Numbered from the stretch's first letter, positions 1-9,462 are shown. The stretch: 64,000 bases of DNA from an uncultured archaeon (GCA_903866625.1 CAIPOI010000005.1:127178-191177); one strand, 5' to 3'. Notes: generated from the sequence alone by a model not told the origin. Program-made: numbers and translations.

Positions 1-1618
1 TTGTTCCTAAGCTATCTCCTGAAGAGGGAGTATTTCTCATTTTTACGTAAAACTCTCGGATTTCTTTTACAGCTTCGTCTGTTAATATTGGTTTTACTTT
101 TTGTTTCGCATAAGCAACATATTTTCTAAATAATTCTCTTGTTACTGGAACTACTCTATCTTTCTTCTGATACAAACTTAAAACATGTGCTGCGATAGAA
201 TCATCTTTGAATTTATCGGGCATATCTCTTAGAACAAAGATCAAATCAAATCTGTTGATCAATGCGGGAGGCAAATCTATTTGTTGAGCAATTGTTTGAA
301 AGGGTTCAAATCTTCCCAGTTTTGGGTTGCCCGCGGCTAGAACTGAAGTTTGTGCTTTTAATGTAGCTTGAACATTTGCTTTAGAAATTGTAACTGTCTG
401 TTGCTCTAAAGCTTCATGCATGGCAGATCTATCATTAGGGTCCATTTTTTCTATTTCATCAATACAAACTATACCTCCATTAGCAAGAACCATTGCTCCT
501 GCTTCTAAAGCCCAACCTCTTAAGAACTCGTCTTTAACTACAGTTGCAGTAATACCTGCTCCAGATGCTGCTTTACCAACAATATACCTTCCTTTTGGAG
601 CCATATCTGAAATAAATTTTAGAGTTACGGATTTAGCAACTCCGGGATCTCCTATTAGAAATATGTGAATATCTCCTCTTTTTACAGTTCTATCTTGGCC
701 AACTTTTCTAACTCCGCCAAACATTTGTAAAACCAATGCTTTTTTTATCTCCTCATAACCCCAGATGCTTTGAGCTATGCTTCCAGCCATTTTGTCAAAT
801 ACTTTTGGATCTGCGGCGAGTTCTTGAATCTGTCTTTCATCTTCATCACTTATTTTTACTTCTTCATAAGTTTCTTCTAAGGGGATAATATTATTTGCTT
901 CAAGTGCTAAATCAAATCTTGTGGAGATAGATCCTGTTTGTAATGGAACTGGAATTTCTTTTAGGACTCCCACTGCTTGAACTCTCGCTCCTGGCGTTGT
1001 TTTTTCTTCCATTCTTGGTTCAACTAAATCTTCTTGCAAGAAGACATTCATACGCTTTGGTTGTTCTCCACCTGTTAGAGATTCTGGAGACTCTTCAATT
1101 ACTAATCTTTGAGCGTCAACCATCTCCTTACTTGTAAGTCTGAACTGTCCTTTTCTACCACAAGAACATCTTGTCGGTTCTCTAAATTTTTTTTCAATTT
1201 GAAGAACAGAGATTATTGTTCCGCAAGTTGGACATTCAAATTTAGCATTTACTACTTGAGGGCGTACATCAGAAGCTTGACGAACGATTCCTTGAATACA
1301 AATCATTTTGTTTAAATGTTTCGCACGAATATGGGCAATTTTTAATTCTTGGGTATTTGGAATATTAATAAAACGAACTCTCGCCCCTTTAATCAAACCT
1401 AAATCGTCTAATGCGGTTTCTAGAATTTGAATAATTTCTTCAGGAGAAGCTAAAAGTTCTTCAGAAAGTTGGGGAGAAAATGAAGATAAGTCATTAAAAT
1501 CTACAATAATTACTCTCTTATCATCACGAATACTCTGACCTATTTCTTTACGATAGGTGTCAAAGAATTGCTTTGCTTCATTAATTCTATCTTCTGTTTC
1601 TCTCTTTTGCTCGGGCAT
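1..1618 (-). CDS. mcm: MCM replicative helicase (partial; C-terminus lies beyond the left window edge)
   Basis: Absent from the ORF track because no stop lies in the window. Minus-strand translation from ATG at 1618 gives MPEQKRETEDRINEAKQFF..., zinc motif CPTCG...CSCG, Walker A GDPGVAKS, Walker B CIDEIEKM and ALINRFDLIF (arginine-finger region). Confidence 0.9.
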   Translation of the reverse strand, partial: MPEQKRETEDRINEAKQFFDTYRKEIGQSIRDDKRVIIVDFNDLSSFSPQLSEELLASPEEIIQILETALDDLGLIKGARVRFINIPNTQELKIAHIRAKHLNKMICIQGIVRQASDVRPQVVNAKFECPTCGTIISVLQIEKKFREPTRCSCGRKGQFRLTSKEMVDAQRLVIEESPESLTGGEQPKRMNVFLQEDLVEPRMEEKTTPGARVQAVGVLKEIPVPLQTGSISTRFDLALEANNIIPLEETYEEVKISDEDERQIQELAADPKVFDKMAGSIAQSIWGYEEIKKALVLQMFGGVRKVGQDRTVKRGDIHIFLIGDPGVAKSVTLKFISDMAPKGRYIVGKAASGAGITATVVKDEFLRGWALEAGAMVLANGGIVCIDEIEKMDPNDRSAMHEALEQQTVTISKANVQATLKAQTSVLAAGNPKLGRFEPFQTIAQQIDLPPALINRFDLIFVLRDMPDKFKDDSIAAHVLSLYQKKDRVVPVTRELFRKYVAYAKQKVKPILTDEAVKEIREFYVKMRNTPSSGDSLGT

Positions 1619-1691
1619 AATATAAGAACTCGGTTTCTCTTTTAAAGGGTTTCTATATTAAGATATATAGGTTGAGAAAATAGATGTTAAG

Positions 1692-1880
1692 TTATGTTAC
1701 TTGGGCGCTATAGTTTAAGTCAAATCTTTGATTTCTGAAAAAATAAGATTCTCTTTTCTGTTCTTCTTGTCTTTCTCTTACAGCTTTTTGAACTGCTTGA
1801 TAAGAATCGTTTAGAATTTTTGAAAGTTTTTCACTAATAGTGGGATTTATCATTTTCATTCTTGGGGTTTTGCTTTCCAT
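1692..1880 (-). CDS. hypothetical small protein (62 aa)
   Basis: ORF only, no motif recognised. Same strand as mcm and tbp. Confidence 0.3.
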   Translation of the reverse strand: MESKTPRMKMINPTISEKLSKILNDSYQAVQKAVRERQEEQKRESYFFRNQRFDLNYSAQVT

Positions 1881-1925
1881 AGTTACTTTTAGTTTAAAGG
1901 TTTTTTAAAGATTTATATGTTAGAA

Positions 1926-2477
1926 TTATTCTGCTCTTTTCTGAACTTCTTTTATCTTCTTATTAAGCTGATTCATGGAATCTTCTAATTGAGCTCTGTT
2001 CTTTGTTCCGGTGCATACGAGTTTTCCATTACTAAAAAGTAAGAAAGTAGCATTAGGCTCGTCTAATTTGTAAACTAATCCTGGAAACTGCTCGGGCTCG
2101 TATTCTGTGTTTTCTAATTCTAAAGCTAAGAAGTTTAAGTTAAGGTTTACATCAATGCTTCCAGAAGCTACTATGTTTTGAACAGTTATCTTTGGTGTGA
2201 TTGTTACTCTGACTCCTATTTTCTTTAGTTGTCTTATAACTTCTTGAATAACTTCTTTAACTTGAGCTATAGATTTTGTTCCAGTACAAACGAGATTTCC
2301 TGAAGAGAAAACTAGAACTGCTGATTTTGGTTTTTTTACTCTTAATACTAGTCCTGGAAATTGTTCGGGGTTATATTCTGTATTGGTAAGAGTTTTAGCT
2401 AGTTTTGTAAGAGGAACATCTTTTCCAAGAGAAGTTGTTGCTACAATATTTTGTATTTTAAGAGAATCTTTAACCAT
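1926..2477 (-). CDS. tbp: TATA-box binding protein
   Basis: 183 aa with two internal repeats: NIVATTSLG...PEQFPGLVLRV...FSSGNLVCTGTK and NIVASGSID...PEQFPGLVYKL...FSNGKLVCTGTK. Confidence 0.95.
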   Translation of the reverse strand: MVKDSLKIQNIVATTSLGKDVPLTKLAKTLTNTEYNPEQFPGLVLRVKKPKSAVLVFSSGNLVCTGTKSIAQVKEVIQEVIRQLKKIGVRVTITPKITVQNIVASGSIDVNLNLNFLALELENTEYEPEQFPGLVYKLDEPNATFLLFSNGKLVCTGTKNRAQLEDSMNQLNKKIKEVQKRAE

Positions 2478-2557
2478 CGGATATGCTTTATAAATGAGTC
2501 GGGTTTTTAAAGCTTTGGGTGGTTGTCGAGGATAAGATTTGAGTCAATATAGGTATA

Positions 2558-2887
2558 TTACTCTTCGCTTACACTTAGATCTATTGTTTTTGGAACTTGA
2601 GATTGAATACTTATGCCAAAAACTCTAATATCTCTGGAATAAGGACATAAGACTTCAGTCCCATCGGGCATCTTACCATCAACATATTTTGCAGAGCATC
2701 TTTCTCCATGACCCCCACAATTATATTTGCATTCAACATCCATCTGTAACCAGTCTCCTGGAGATTTAGAAGATATTCTTAACTTGACTAGTTCTCCATC
2801 TTTTAGGGCTTCTTGCATTTTTTCATCAATACCCTTGCAATAAATTTCTCCTTCTATTTTAATATTATCTAAATTAACTTTGCACAT
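2558..2887 (-). CDS. hypothetical Cys-rich protein (109 aa)
   Basis: Several Cys including CKYNCGGHGERC. No family recognised. Co-directional between lig and tbp. Confidence 0.4.
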   Translation of the reverse strand: MCKVNLDNIKIEGEIYCKGIDEKMQEALKDGELVKLRISSKSPGDWLQMDVECKYNCGGHGERCSAKYVDGKMPDGTEVLCPYSRDIRVFGISIQSQVPKTIDLSVSEE

Positions 2888-2950
2888 ATTATCTTTTGAT
2901 TAATTTTGTTTAAAAAGATTATTGCATTCTTTTATAATTAATAGGAGTAT

Positions 2951-4672
2951 CTAAAACGTTCTCTTCAAAGCTTCTTTTTCATGAAGCTTCTTGACTTCAT
3001 CAATAGTTGCAATATCTTCAGTATCTCTGTCTGTTCTTAATGCAGTGAATCTCGGAAATCTTAGAGCATAGTGAGAGTTGTAAGAAGGAGAACCCTGAAC
3101 TTCTTGGAAAACCACTGTGATGACAATTTTTGGCTTGATTTTTACAGATTTGCCATGCTCACTCTTTATCAAGGGTTTAACAAGATTAGTCATATCTTCA
3201 TAGCTTGTTCCTTCTTCTGATTTTTCTTTTAATCCTGTTGAAACTTTTCCAATATCTAAAAATTCTCCGCTTTCTTTATCTCGACAAGCAACATCAAAAC
3301 TTGTTAACCATCCTGCTCTTTTTCCTGTTCCATATTCTGCTCCAACAATAACTAAGTCAAATTCATTATCTGCTGGTTTCATTTTTAGCATGTGACCTAC
3401 TCTTGCACCCGGTTTGTAAGGGCTTGCTAGATTTTTGAACATAATTCCTTCTTCTTTATCTGATAGGGCTTGTTTGTAAAATTTTGCTGCTCTTTTTTCG
3501 TCAGAAGTAATAATTTGTTCTGCTAGTCTAAATTTGAATTTTTCTGTTTTTATTATTTTTTCAAGTATTTCTCTTCTTTTTTCAAAAGGCATATCTATTG
3601 CTGATTTTCCATTATAGTATAAAATATCAAAAACATTTATTTCTACAGGAAGTTCTTCAGAAAGTTTGTCTATATCATATTTTCTTTTTATTCTCTGAGA
3701 AATATGTTGGAAGGTTGTATATTTTTTTGTTTTTTTATCATAACCTACTGCTTCTGAATCTATAATAAATGTATCTGCTTTAACATACTTATTTACATGT
3801 TCAATTACTTCTGGGAATTGCTTTGTTACTTCATCTAATCTTCTTGTGAAAATTTTAATATTGCCTTTTTCATCTTTATTAATCAACATTCTAAATCCAT
3901 CATACTTGTATTCCAGAGCAGTTTCTCCTTTATCATTTTTAGTTCTTTCAAAACCATCATGAATATCCTCTGCTTTTAAGGCTAACATAACCTTTAAGGG
4001 TTGACCTGGAGAAATTTCTATTTTATCTAATTCATGTTTTCCTTTTAATGCTTTTTCAAATACTAGGGCAAAATCTGTAACTTTATCATAAGCAGATTGA
4101 ACTTTTTCAAAAGCTTCTTTATCTTCTTTGTCAAAACAAGCCCAAACTATAGAATCTCTTATTGTTCCTGAACCTGTTCCAATTCTTAAATCATTTAATA
4201 AAGTTCTTGCAATATATTTTGCTTCTATAGGGCTAGCACTTGAAAGCAATTCTGCGATTAATCCTATTTTTTTGTCAACAGTTCCTTTTCCTATTAGATC
4301 TGGGAGTGCTTGTAGGTTTTCTAAAACCTTTGTTGTTGTAAGCTTAGCAGAGAAAAGCGTGTGTTGAGATTTATTTTTAAAAGTCTCTGCTGCAACTTCT
4401 CCTAAATCTCCTATTTTCTTCCATTTTTTTACTATTTCTTCTTCAGGTTTTCCAGTTGCTCTTGAAATTGCCTTGATTGTTAGTTGTTCAGAAATACCAA
4501 ATTCTTTTTCTTCCCAATCTGGCCAGACTCTACCTTGAAGAAGATAAATTATTTCTCTATGTTTTTCGTGTTTTATGGTTTTCAGAAATTCTGAGAGAAT
4601 TTCTGCTTTTTTAAGCCTAGAAGGATTTTTCTCTAATTCTTCATAGATTTCACAGAGTTTTGAGTAGTGCAT
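2951..4672 (-). CDS. lig: ATP-dependent DNA ligase
   Basis: 573 aa with adenylation motif EYKYDGFR (KxDG), later EGIMFK and LKMKP motifs, and archaeal/eukaryal Lig1-like length. Confidence 0.95.
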   Translation of the reverse strand: MHYSKLCEIYEELEKNPSRLKKAEILSEFLKTIKHEKHREIIYLLQGRVWPDWEEKEFGISEQLTIKAISRATGKPEEEIVKKWKKIGDLGEVAAETFKNKSQHTLFSAKLTTTKVLENLQALPDLIGKGTVDKKIGLIAELLSSASPIEAKYIARTLLNDLRIGTGSGTIRDSIVWACFDKEDKEAFEKVQSAYDKVTDFALVFEKALKGKHELDKIEISPGQPLKVMLALKAEDIHDGFERTKNDKGETALEYKYDGFRMLINKDEKGNIKIFTRRLDEVTKQFPEVIEHVNKYVKADTFIIDSEAVGYDKKTKKYTTFQHISQRIKRKYDIDKLSEELPVEINVFDILYYNGKSAIDMPFEKRREILEKIIKTEKFKFRLAEQIITSDEKRAAKFYKQALSDKEEGIMFKNLASPYKPGARVGHMLKMKPADNEFDLVIVGAEYGTGKRAGWLTSFDVACRDKESGEFLDIGKVSTGLKEKSEEGTSYEDMTNLVKPLIKSEHGKSVKIKPKIVITVVFQEVQGSPSYNSHYALRFPRFTALRTDRDTEDIATIDEVKKLHEKEALKRTF

Positions 4673-4902
4673 GATTGTTACTTTCTTTTTGTTTACTTCT
4701 TTTATAGTTATATTAAGAAAGCGGGGTTTTTATATTTTTAAAAATGGCTAAGTAAACCCATAAATTTAATACGACACGAGTATAACTTGCATAAGTTCAG
4801 TTATTACTATTAATTATTAATAATGTTTAAGAAGAATAAGCGAGCAAGAGGAGTTTATTTTATTTTTTAATTATAGCTGTGTTAAGAATTAATTTTTAAG
4901 AA

Positions 4903-5541
4903 TTATTTCCCGTGATGCTTATTAGCAGCAGAGCTTGGTCTTACCTTAACATTTGAAGCCTTAACTCTTAGGCCTCTGCTTTTTCTTCCTGCACTTGTTA
5001 AGCCTCTTAGGGCTCTATTTCTATTTGCAGAATCTTGTAACCATCTGAAATTGCTGTCGTTTTTTATTTCAGGTCTTTCAGGATCAATACATATAACTTC
5101 AAAGAAATAAAATCTTCCATCTTTTGCTATTTTATAGCTGTTTAATACTTCTAAATTTGGATATTTGTTTTGAACTCTTTGTTCAGCTACCCATTGATAG
5201 TTCATCTTAAGTATTTTCTTTATATTAAATCTTTTACTTCTACGTTTTGTGTTTGGTCTTGTTTTTACTCTCCCGCCTCTTTCTATTAAGATTCTGAAAA
5301 CAACAAATCCTTTTTTTGCTTTGTAACCTAAAGTTCTTGCTCTGTCTAATCTTGTTGGTTTCTCAAGTTTTGTTATTCTTTCGCCAGCCCTCCAAGCAAT
5401 CATTTTGCTTCTTAGATCTTGAGTGTTTGCTTCAGTTGGTTTTTTAAAAGCAGTTTTCAAATAGTGATAAAATCCTTTTACAGAAGGTTTTGCTACTTTT
5501 TGCTTATTTTCTTTAACTTGTTTTGTTGCTTTTTCTGCCAT
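4903..5541 (-). CDS. rpl15e: 50S ribosomal protein L15e
   Basis: KGFYHYLKTAFKKP...RLDRARTLGYKAKKGFVVFR...GRKSRGL are typical L15e blocks. About 20 aa K-rich N-terminal extension. Confidence 0.9.
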   Translation of the reverse strand: MAEKATKQVKENKQKVAKPSVKGFYHYLKTAFKKPTEANTQDLRSKMIAWRAGERITKLEKPTRLDRARTLGYKAKKGFVVFRILIERGGRVKTRPNTKRRSKRFNIKKILKMNYQWVAEQRVQNKYPNLEVLNSYKIAKDGRFYFFEVICIDPERPEIKNDSNFRWLQDSANRNRALRGLTSAGRKSRGLRVKASNVKVRPSSAANKHHGK

Positions 5542-5560
5542 GTTTTGATTAGAAAAGGGG

Positions 5561-5570
5561 TATTTTTAAA
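5561..5570 (-). promoter_or_regulatory. TATA-like element (TTTAAAAATA on minus strand) for rpl15e
   Basis: Centre lies about 24 nt upstream of the ATG at 5541, which implies a leaderless or near-leaderless mRNA. Confidence 0.45.
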
Positions 5571-5634
5571 TCTTCGCTTGTGGGCGAATGAGTTGAAAAA
5601 TTTCAATTTTTCAAAGCTTTGTTTTTGAAAAGTA

Positions 5635-5708
5635 TGAGCCCGCAAGGATTTGAACCTTGGACCCCCGCCGTATCAGAGCGGTGCTCTACCGGGCTGAGCT
5701 ACGGGCTC
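5635..5708 (-). tRNA. tRNA-Ile (anticodon GAU)
   Basis: Reverse complement folds as a cloverleaf: GAGCCCG TA GCTC AGCCCGGTA GAGC A CCGCT CTGATAC GGCGG GGGTC CAAGG TTCAAAT CCTTG CGGGCTC A. 74 nt, no encoded CCA. Confidence 0.9.
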
Positions 5709-5778
5709 ATATACTAAACTGAGATTAATTTGTATTTATAAGTATTATGTTTTGAAGAATATCGATTAAGGATAGGTT

Positions 5779-6423
5779 TTATTGTCCTGTTCCAAACTCT
5801 AAGAATAGCTTATCTTGCTTTATAGCATAGCTTTGAAGTGGTAATTTTACCTTTAGAGTTTTTATATAAACTGCTCGCTCGGTGTAGGCTTTAATTTCTA
5901 AAGAGTTTTCAAGATTGTTTATTAAAACATTATTCAAGGAATTTAATCCAGGTGTATCTAATTCATAGACTACTTTATCTTTAAGTCTTGTTAGTTTAGT
6001 TTTTGCTTCTTTTCTTGGAAGTTTTTTTGATTTTTCTATGGTTTCTTCAGAAACCTTTGGTGCTTCTTCTTTTTTCTGTTTGATTGGTTTTTCTATATTC
6101 TGTTGGTTCTCTATAGGGATTCTTTTTCCATTTATGTAAAGTTGAAGATTAGAGCCTATCTTGGGTTGAGATTGTTTTTTCTTTTCTATATCTTGTAATT
6201 CTTTTTCAAACATTTTCATAGCACTGTTTACTGCGCTACCTATTAATTTATCCATAAATCCAAAATTATTGCTTTTGCTTCCTTGAATCGAACTGTCTTT
6301 ATCAGACTTACCCAATAAACCGTATTCTTCTTGAAGATTCTTAGTTGGAACCCCACAGTAAGGGCAGAAATCAAAATTTCTTTCAATCTTTTTATCGCAG
6401 TGATTGCATCTTTTTTCAAACAT
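5779..6423 (-). CDS. zinc-ribbon protein with possible C-terminal Hsp20/alpha-crystallin-like domain
   Basis: N-terminal CNHCDKK...CPYCG zinc ribbon. The C-terminal beta-rich block VVYELDTPGLN...LEIKAY...LKVKLP...DKLFLEF resembles ACD patterning by eye only. Confidence 0.45.
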   Translation of the reverse strand: MFEKRCNHCDKKIERNFDFCPYCGVPTKNLQEEYGLLGKSDKDSSIQGSKSNNFGFMDKLIGSAVNSAMKMFEKELQDIEKKKQSQPKIGSNLQLYINGKRIPIENQQNIEKPIKQKKEEAPKVSEETIEKSKKLPRKEAKTKLTRLKDKVVYELDTPGLNSLNNVLINNLENSLEIKAYTERAVYIKTLKVKLPLQSYAIKQDKLFLEFGTGQ

Positions 6424-6440
6424 ATTATTATTTGCTAAAG

Positions 6441-6452
6441 TTTATTTAAAAA
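6441..6452 (-). promoter_or_regulatory. TATA-like element (TTTTTAAATAAA on minus strand) for the 5779-6423 gene
   Basis: Centre lies about 24 nt upstream of the ATG at 6423. Confidence 0.4.
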
Positions 6453-6498
6453 GCTTCTGAACTTTCAGTCTTTTTATTGATAAAGCTAGTTAAGTAAA

Positions 6499-6508
6499 CT
6501 TTTTATAA
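6499..6508 (+). promoter_or_regulatory. TATA-like element (CTTTTTATAA) for endonuclease V gene
   Basis: Centre lies about 25 nt upstream of the ATG at 6529. Confidence 0.4.
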
Positions 6509-6528
6509 TCTTCTATTCTTGCAGATAT

Positions 6529-7197
6529 ATGAAAGAAGAGGAAATAGCTTTGAAGTTTGGCATAGATTTGGAAAGTTTAAAGAAAGAACAAACTAATTTA
6601 TGTAAGACTCTGGAGTTAAAAGATGTTATTGATTTTAGTGATGATATAAAGATAGCCGCTATAGAAAATTTAATTGTTAATAACAGCATTATTTCTAGCG
6701 TTGTTGTAGGAAAACTCGAGAAGGGTAAATTTGAGGTCCTAGAAGAAGAATATTTTACTGAAAAATTGAAATTTCCATATATCTCAGAGTTTAGAGCATA
6801 TAGAGAGTTGCCAGCTATGTTTGGTGCGATGGATAAACTTGAAGAAACTCCTGATGTGGTTTTGATTTCTGGAGAAGGAATAAATCATATTCGTTTAGGT
6901 ATGGCTAGTCATTTTAGTGTTGCTACGGGAATTCCTTCTGTGGGGGTAAGTGATATTTCTTCAGAAGATTTTAGTGTTGAAGGAGAATATGTTTTTAGTG
7001 CTAAGAAAAAAGTCGCTCGAGTTTTGAAGAGTAAGGATAAATCTAGGCCCTTGTTTGTTAGTCCTGGAAATAAGATTAGTCTTGAAACGGCTTATGAGCT
7101 TGTGAAGAGGCTTATTTTTGCCCCCCATAAACTTCCTGAGCCTATGCATTTAGCCCATAAGTATGCTAAGGAAGTTAGGAAAGAGCTAGGAGTTTAA
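6529..7197 (+). CDS. nfi: endonuclease V family protein
   Basis: FPYISEFRAYRELP, GEGINHIRLGMASHFSVATGIPSVGVS and PLFVSPGNKISLETA...KLPEP align by eye with the Nfi blocks PYIPGFLSFRE, DGxGxxHPRxxGxASHxG and GH...LPEP. Confidence 0.7.
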   Translation: MKEEEIALKFGIDLESLKKEQTNLCKTLELKDVIDFSDDIKIAAIENLIVNNSIISSVVVGKLEKGKFEVLEEEYFTEKLKFPYISEFRAYRELPAMFGAMDKLEETPDVVLISGEGINHIRLGMASHFSVATGIPSVGVSDISSEDFSVEGEYVFSAKKKVARVLKSKDKSRPLFVSPGNKISLETAYELVKRLIFAPHKLPEPMHLAHKYAKEVRKELGV

Positions 7198-7267
7198 TTC
7201 TTGCAATCTTTTACATAAATCTTTTTAAACTAACTCTTTATTGCTTTATTGAAAAAAAGAGAGTAAA

Positions 7268-7534
7268 ATGGCGCTTATAAAAAATAAAGAGATTACAATG
7301 GTTGCCGCTATTAGCAAGGCATTAGATATTATGAAATCTGATTTAGAAATGCCCAGCGATGAAATTATTCAAGGAGTCTTTGGTAAAATAAGGGGCAATA
7401 CTGAATCAAAGATAGCAGCTATTGCTGCTGTGAATTCTGCAATTAGTCTTAAGAGAAAAAATCCTTCTATGCTTAGCAGAGAAGTTATAGAAAGAATAGT
7501 AAAAGAAACAAAATTTAATCCTGAAATAACTTAA
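7268..7534 (+). CDS. hypothetical protein (88 aa)
   Basis: ORF only, no motif recognised. Confidence 0.4.
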   Translation: MALIKNKEITMVAAISKALDIMKSDLEMPSDEIIQGVFGKIRGNTESKIAAIAAVNSAISLKRKNPSMLSREVIERIVKETKFNPEIT

Positions 7535-7543
7535 TTTTTAACT

Positions 7544-8053
7544 ATGGCAGAACAAGTACACTTAGAAGGAAGACTCTATCTTATCAGGCATGGTGAGCAT
7601 AATTCTGAGGGTGTTAAAAGACTTGATGAAAAGGGCAGAAAGAATTTAGTTTCTTTAGCAGAAAAGCTCAAACCAGAATTAAAAGACATAAAACCCCATA
7701 ACTTTTCTTTCTTTTCTACAGGATATCTTAGAGCAGTAGAGTCTGCTATAGAACTTGTTCAAATTTTTGGTGATGAGTATTCTCAAATTAATACAAGTCA
7801 TTTATTATATGATGCTGAAAATTGCAAGCAATTTTTTGATGAGCATTTAGCTAACCTTGGAAAAGAAGATATTGTTTTTGCAATATGCCATTTGCCATTT
7901 GTTGAACATTTTCCAGCATGGTTTTTTAATAATCTTCATAAAAAACCGGGAAGGTTTGAAGGTGAATATGGCCCTGAAAAGGGTACTGGTATTTATATTG
8001 ATTTTAGAACTGGAGAACATAGAGAACTAACTTTTAGGAATCCCCCTAGTTAG
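7544..8053 (+). CDS. histidine phosphatase superfamily protein (SixA/PGAM-like)
   Basis: LYLIRHGEH (RHG catalytic motif), SPxxRA-like GYLRAVES, and late ICHLPFVEHF (SixA-like HxP block). Confidence 0.6.
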   Translation: MAEQVHLEGRLYLIRHGEHNSEGVKRLDEKGRKNLVSLAEKLKPELKDIKPHNFSFFSTGYLRAVESAIELVQIFGDEYSQINTSHLLYDAENCKQFFDEHLANLGKEDIVFAICHLPFVEHFPAWFFNNLHKKPGRFEGEYGPEKGTGIYIDFRTGEHRELTFRNPPS

Positions 8054-8057
8054 TTAA

Positions 8058-8792
8058 TTAACCCTTTCTTGAAGCGTTCCACATTAATTCAAAATGTTTT
8101 TTATAACCCTCTGCTATTTCTTTTTGTTTGATTAAAATCGCAAGAGGCTTTTCTTTATTCCAGAAGATTATAGCCACTCTATCTCCATAAATGTTTATGG
8201 CAAGGGGAGAAGAATATTTTTCAGGTAAGTATTTTATTTCTGCTAAAGGTATTTTTGGAAGTCTTTTTGTTAGGGGTGTGTTGAAAATTATTTTTATGGG
8301 CATTTTTTTACTTTTTCTTCTTTTATCAAACCAGTTAAAGTAAAATTCCATTAAGTCATAAGCTACTTCTGAACCTCCAATAATAAAAATTTCTTTGCCT
8401 TGTTCTATTTGGTCTTCAAAAACACTCTTTAGTCCTGCTTTACCTTTGAAAACCATAGTATCTTCTCTTTGTTTTTCTTTAGTTTGGCTAAACAATAACA
8501 TCATATCATTCAAAGAGTTATTTATTGTTTGTTTTTGTTCTTCAACTATTTCAACAAGCCTGTTGGGATTAGAAGCATGGAAGATTTTCCGATTATTTTC
8601 AACAATATAACCCACCAAACCTTTTTTTATGAGTCTATCAAGAGCGTCATATATAACTCTTCTATGCAATCCTGTTCTTCTTGAAATAGTTCCTGCTGGT
8701 CTTGAGCCCATTTCTAGCAAGGCTTGGTAGATGCTTGATTCATTCTCTGTTAATCCTGCTTGTTTGAGGCTTTGCTTTATTTCAGGGTTCAT
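8058..8792 (-). CDS. TrmB-family transcriptional regulator
   Basis: N-terminal wHTH LTENESSIYQALLEMGSRPAGTISRRTGLHRRVIYDALDRLIKKGLVGYIVENNRKIFHASNP plus a TrmB-type C-terminal domain. Confidence 0.8.
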   Translation of the reverse strand: MNPEIKQSLKQAGLTENESSIYQALLEMGSRPAGTISRRTGLHRRVIYDALDRLIKKGLVGYIVENNRKIFHASNPNRLVEIVEEQKQTINNSLNDMMLLFSQTKEKQREDTMVFKGKAGLKSVFEDQIEQGKEIFIIGGSEVAYDLMEFYFNWFDKRRKSKKMPIKIIFNTPLTKRLPKIPLAEIKYLPEKYSSPLAINIYGDRVAIIFWNKEKPLAILIKQKEIAEGYKKHFELMWNASRKG

Positions 8793-8827
8793 AAATTAAT
8801 TTAGCTTCTTTTCTATTTAAATATTGT

Positions 8828-8843
8828 GGTGATAAATATCACC
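8828..8843. promoter_or_regulatory. perfect 7-bp-arm palindrome GGTGATA-AA-TATCACC (candidate operator)
   Basis: Read directly. Lies between the divergent TrmB-family gene (ATG 8792) and the 8891 gene, directly abutting the TATA-like CTATTTAAATATT (8813-8825). Confidence 0.45.
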
Positions 8844-8890
8844 TCATAAAATTATATGCTAAAATATTCTTAACTAATTAACTAAAACGA

Positions 8891-9376
8891 ATGGAGGAAA
8901 AAATGACACATCAAACAGAAGAAAAATTATTGCAATTAATTGCTGCAGATAGACTTCATATACCTATTTCAAGTCTTGAAGGCAAATTTAAAAGAAGAAA
9001 GACAAAAATTGCTCAATCTGTAGATTTACCTACCGGACAATATCAAGGAATTAGAGTTTATGCTTTTGAAAAAGATGAAGAAGGCAAGAAAGCTAGAGGA
9101 ATGGCTGCCGGAATTAAAGAATTCTGTAATAGACACCCTAACTATGGTGATGAACTGAAAGGATTAATTGCAGAAGAAAGAACAACAAGAGAACCTACAC
9201 TTTATTTTGGAATGAATGAAGGATGCAGATTGACTAATGAAGACTATATGGCTGTTATGGCTGATATTGGTTTTACAGAAGCTCAGGCACAAAGATTTTA
9301 TGAACCTTTGATAGATGCTTCAAGAAAACTTTCAAGAGCTAGACAAGAAGGCCAGAGAAGCATATTAGTGGGTTAA
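8891..9376 (+). CDS. hypothetical protein (161 aa; start may be ATG 8903)
   Basis: Long ORF with R/Q/G/A-richer composition than neighbours. No family recognised. Confidence 0.5.
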   Translation: MEEKMTHQTEEKLLQLIAADRLHIPISSLEGKFKRRKTKIAQSVDLPTGQYQGIRVYAFEKDEEGKKARGMAAGIKEFCNRHPNYGDELKGLIAEERTTREPTLYFGMNEGCRLTNEDYMAVMADIGFTEAQAQRFYEPLIDASRKLSRARQEGQRSILVG

Positions 9377-9378
9377 TA

Positions 9379-9420
9379 CTTTTTTATTTTTTTATTTATT
9401 TTTTTGCTTTTTATATTTTT
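9379..9420 (+). terminator. oligo-T tract (archaeal-type intrinsic terminator candidate)
   Basis: CTTTTTTATTTTTTTATTTATTTTTTTGCTTTTTATATTTTT starts immediately after the stop at 9376. Confidence 0.45.
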
Positions 9421-9462
9421 ATTAGTAGTTAAGGTTTAAAACTCAAGTTTCTTGATTCTATC

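Noticed and set aside
420-1315. Three plus-strand ORFs from the track (420-668, 943-1137, 1109-1315).
   Set aside because: They lie antisense inside the well-supported minus-strand MCM gene and have low-complexity or hydrophobic translations typical of shadow ORFs in AT-rich DNA.
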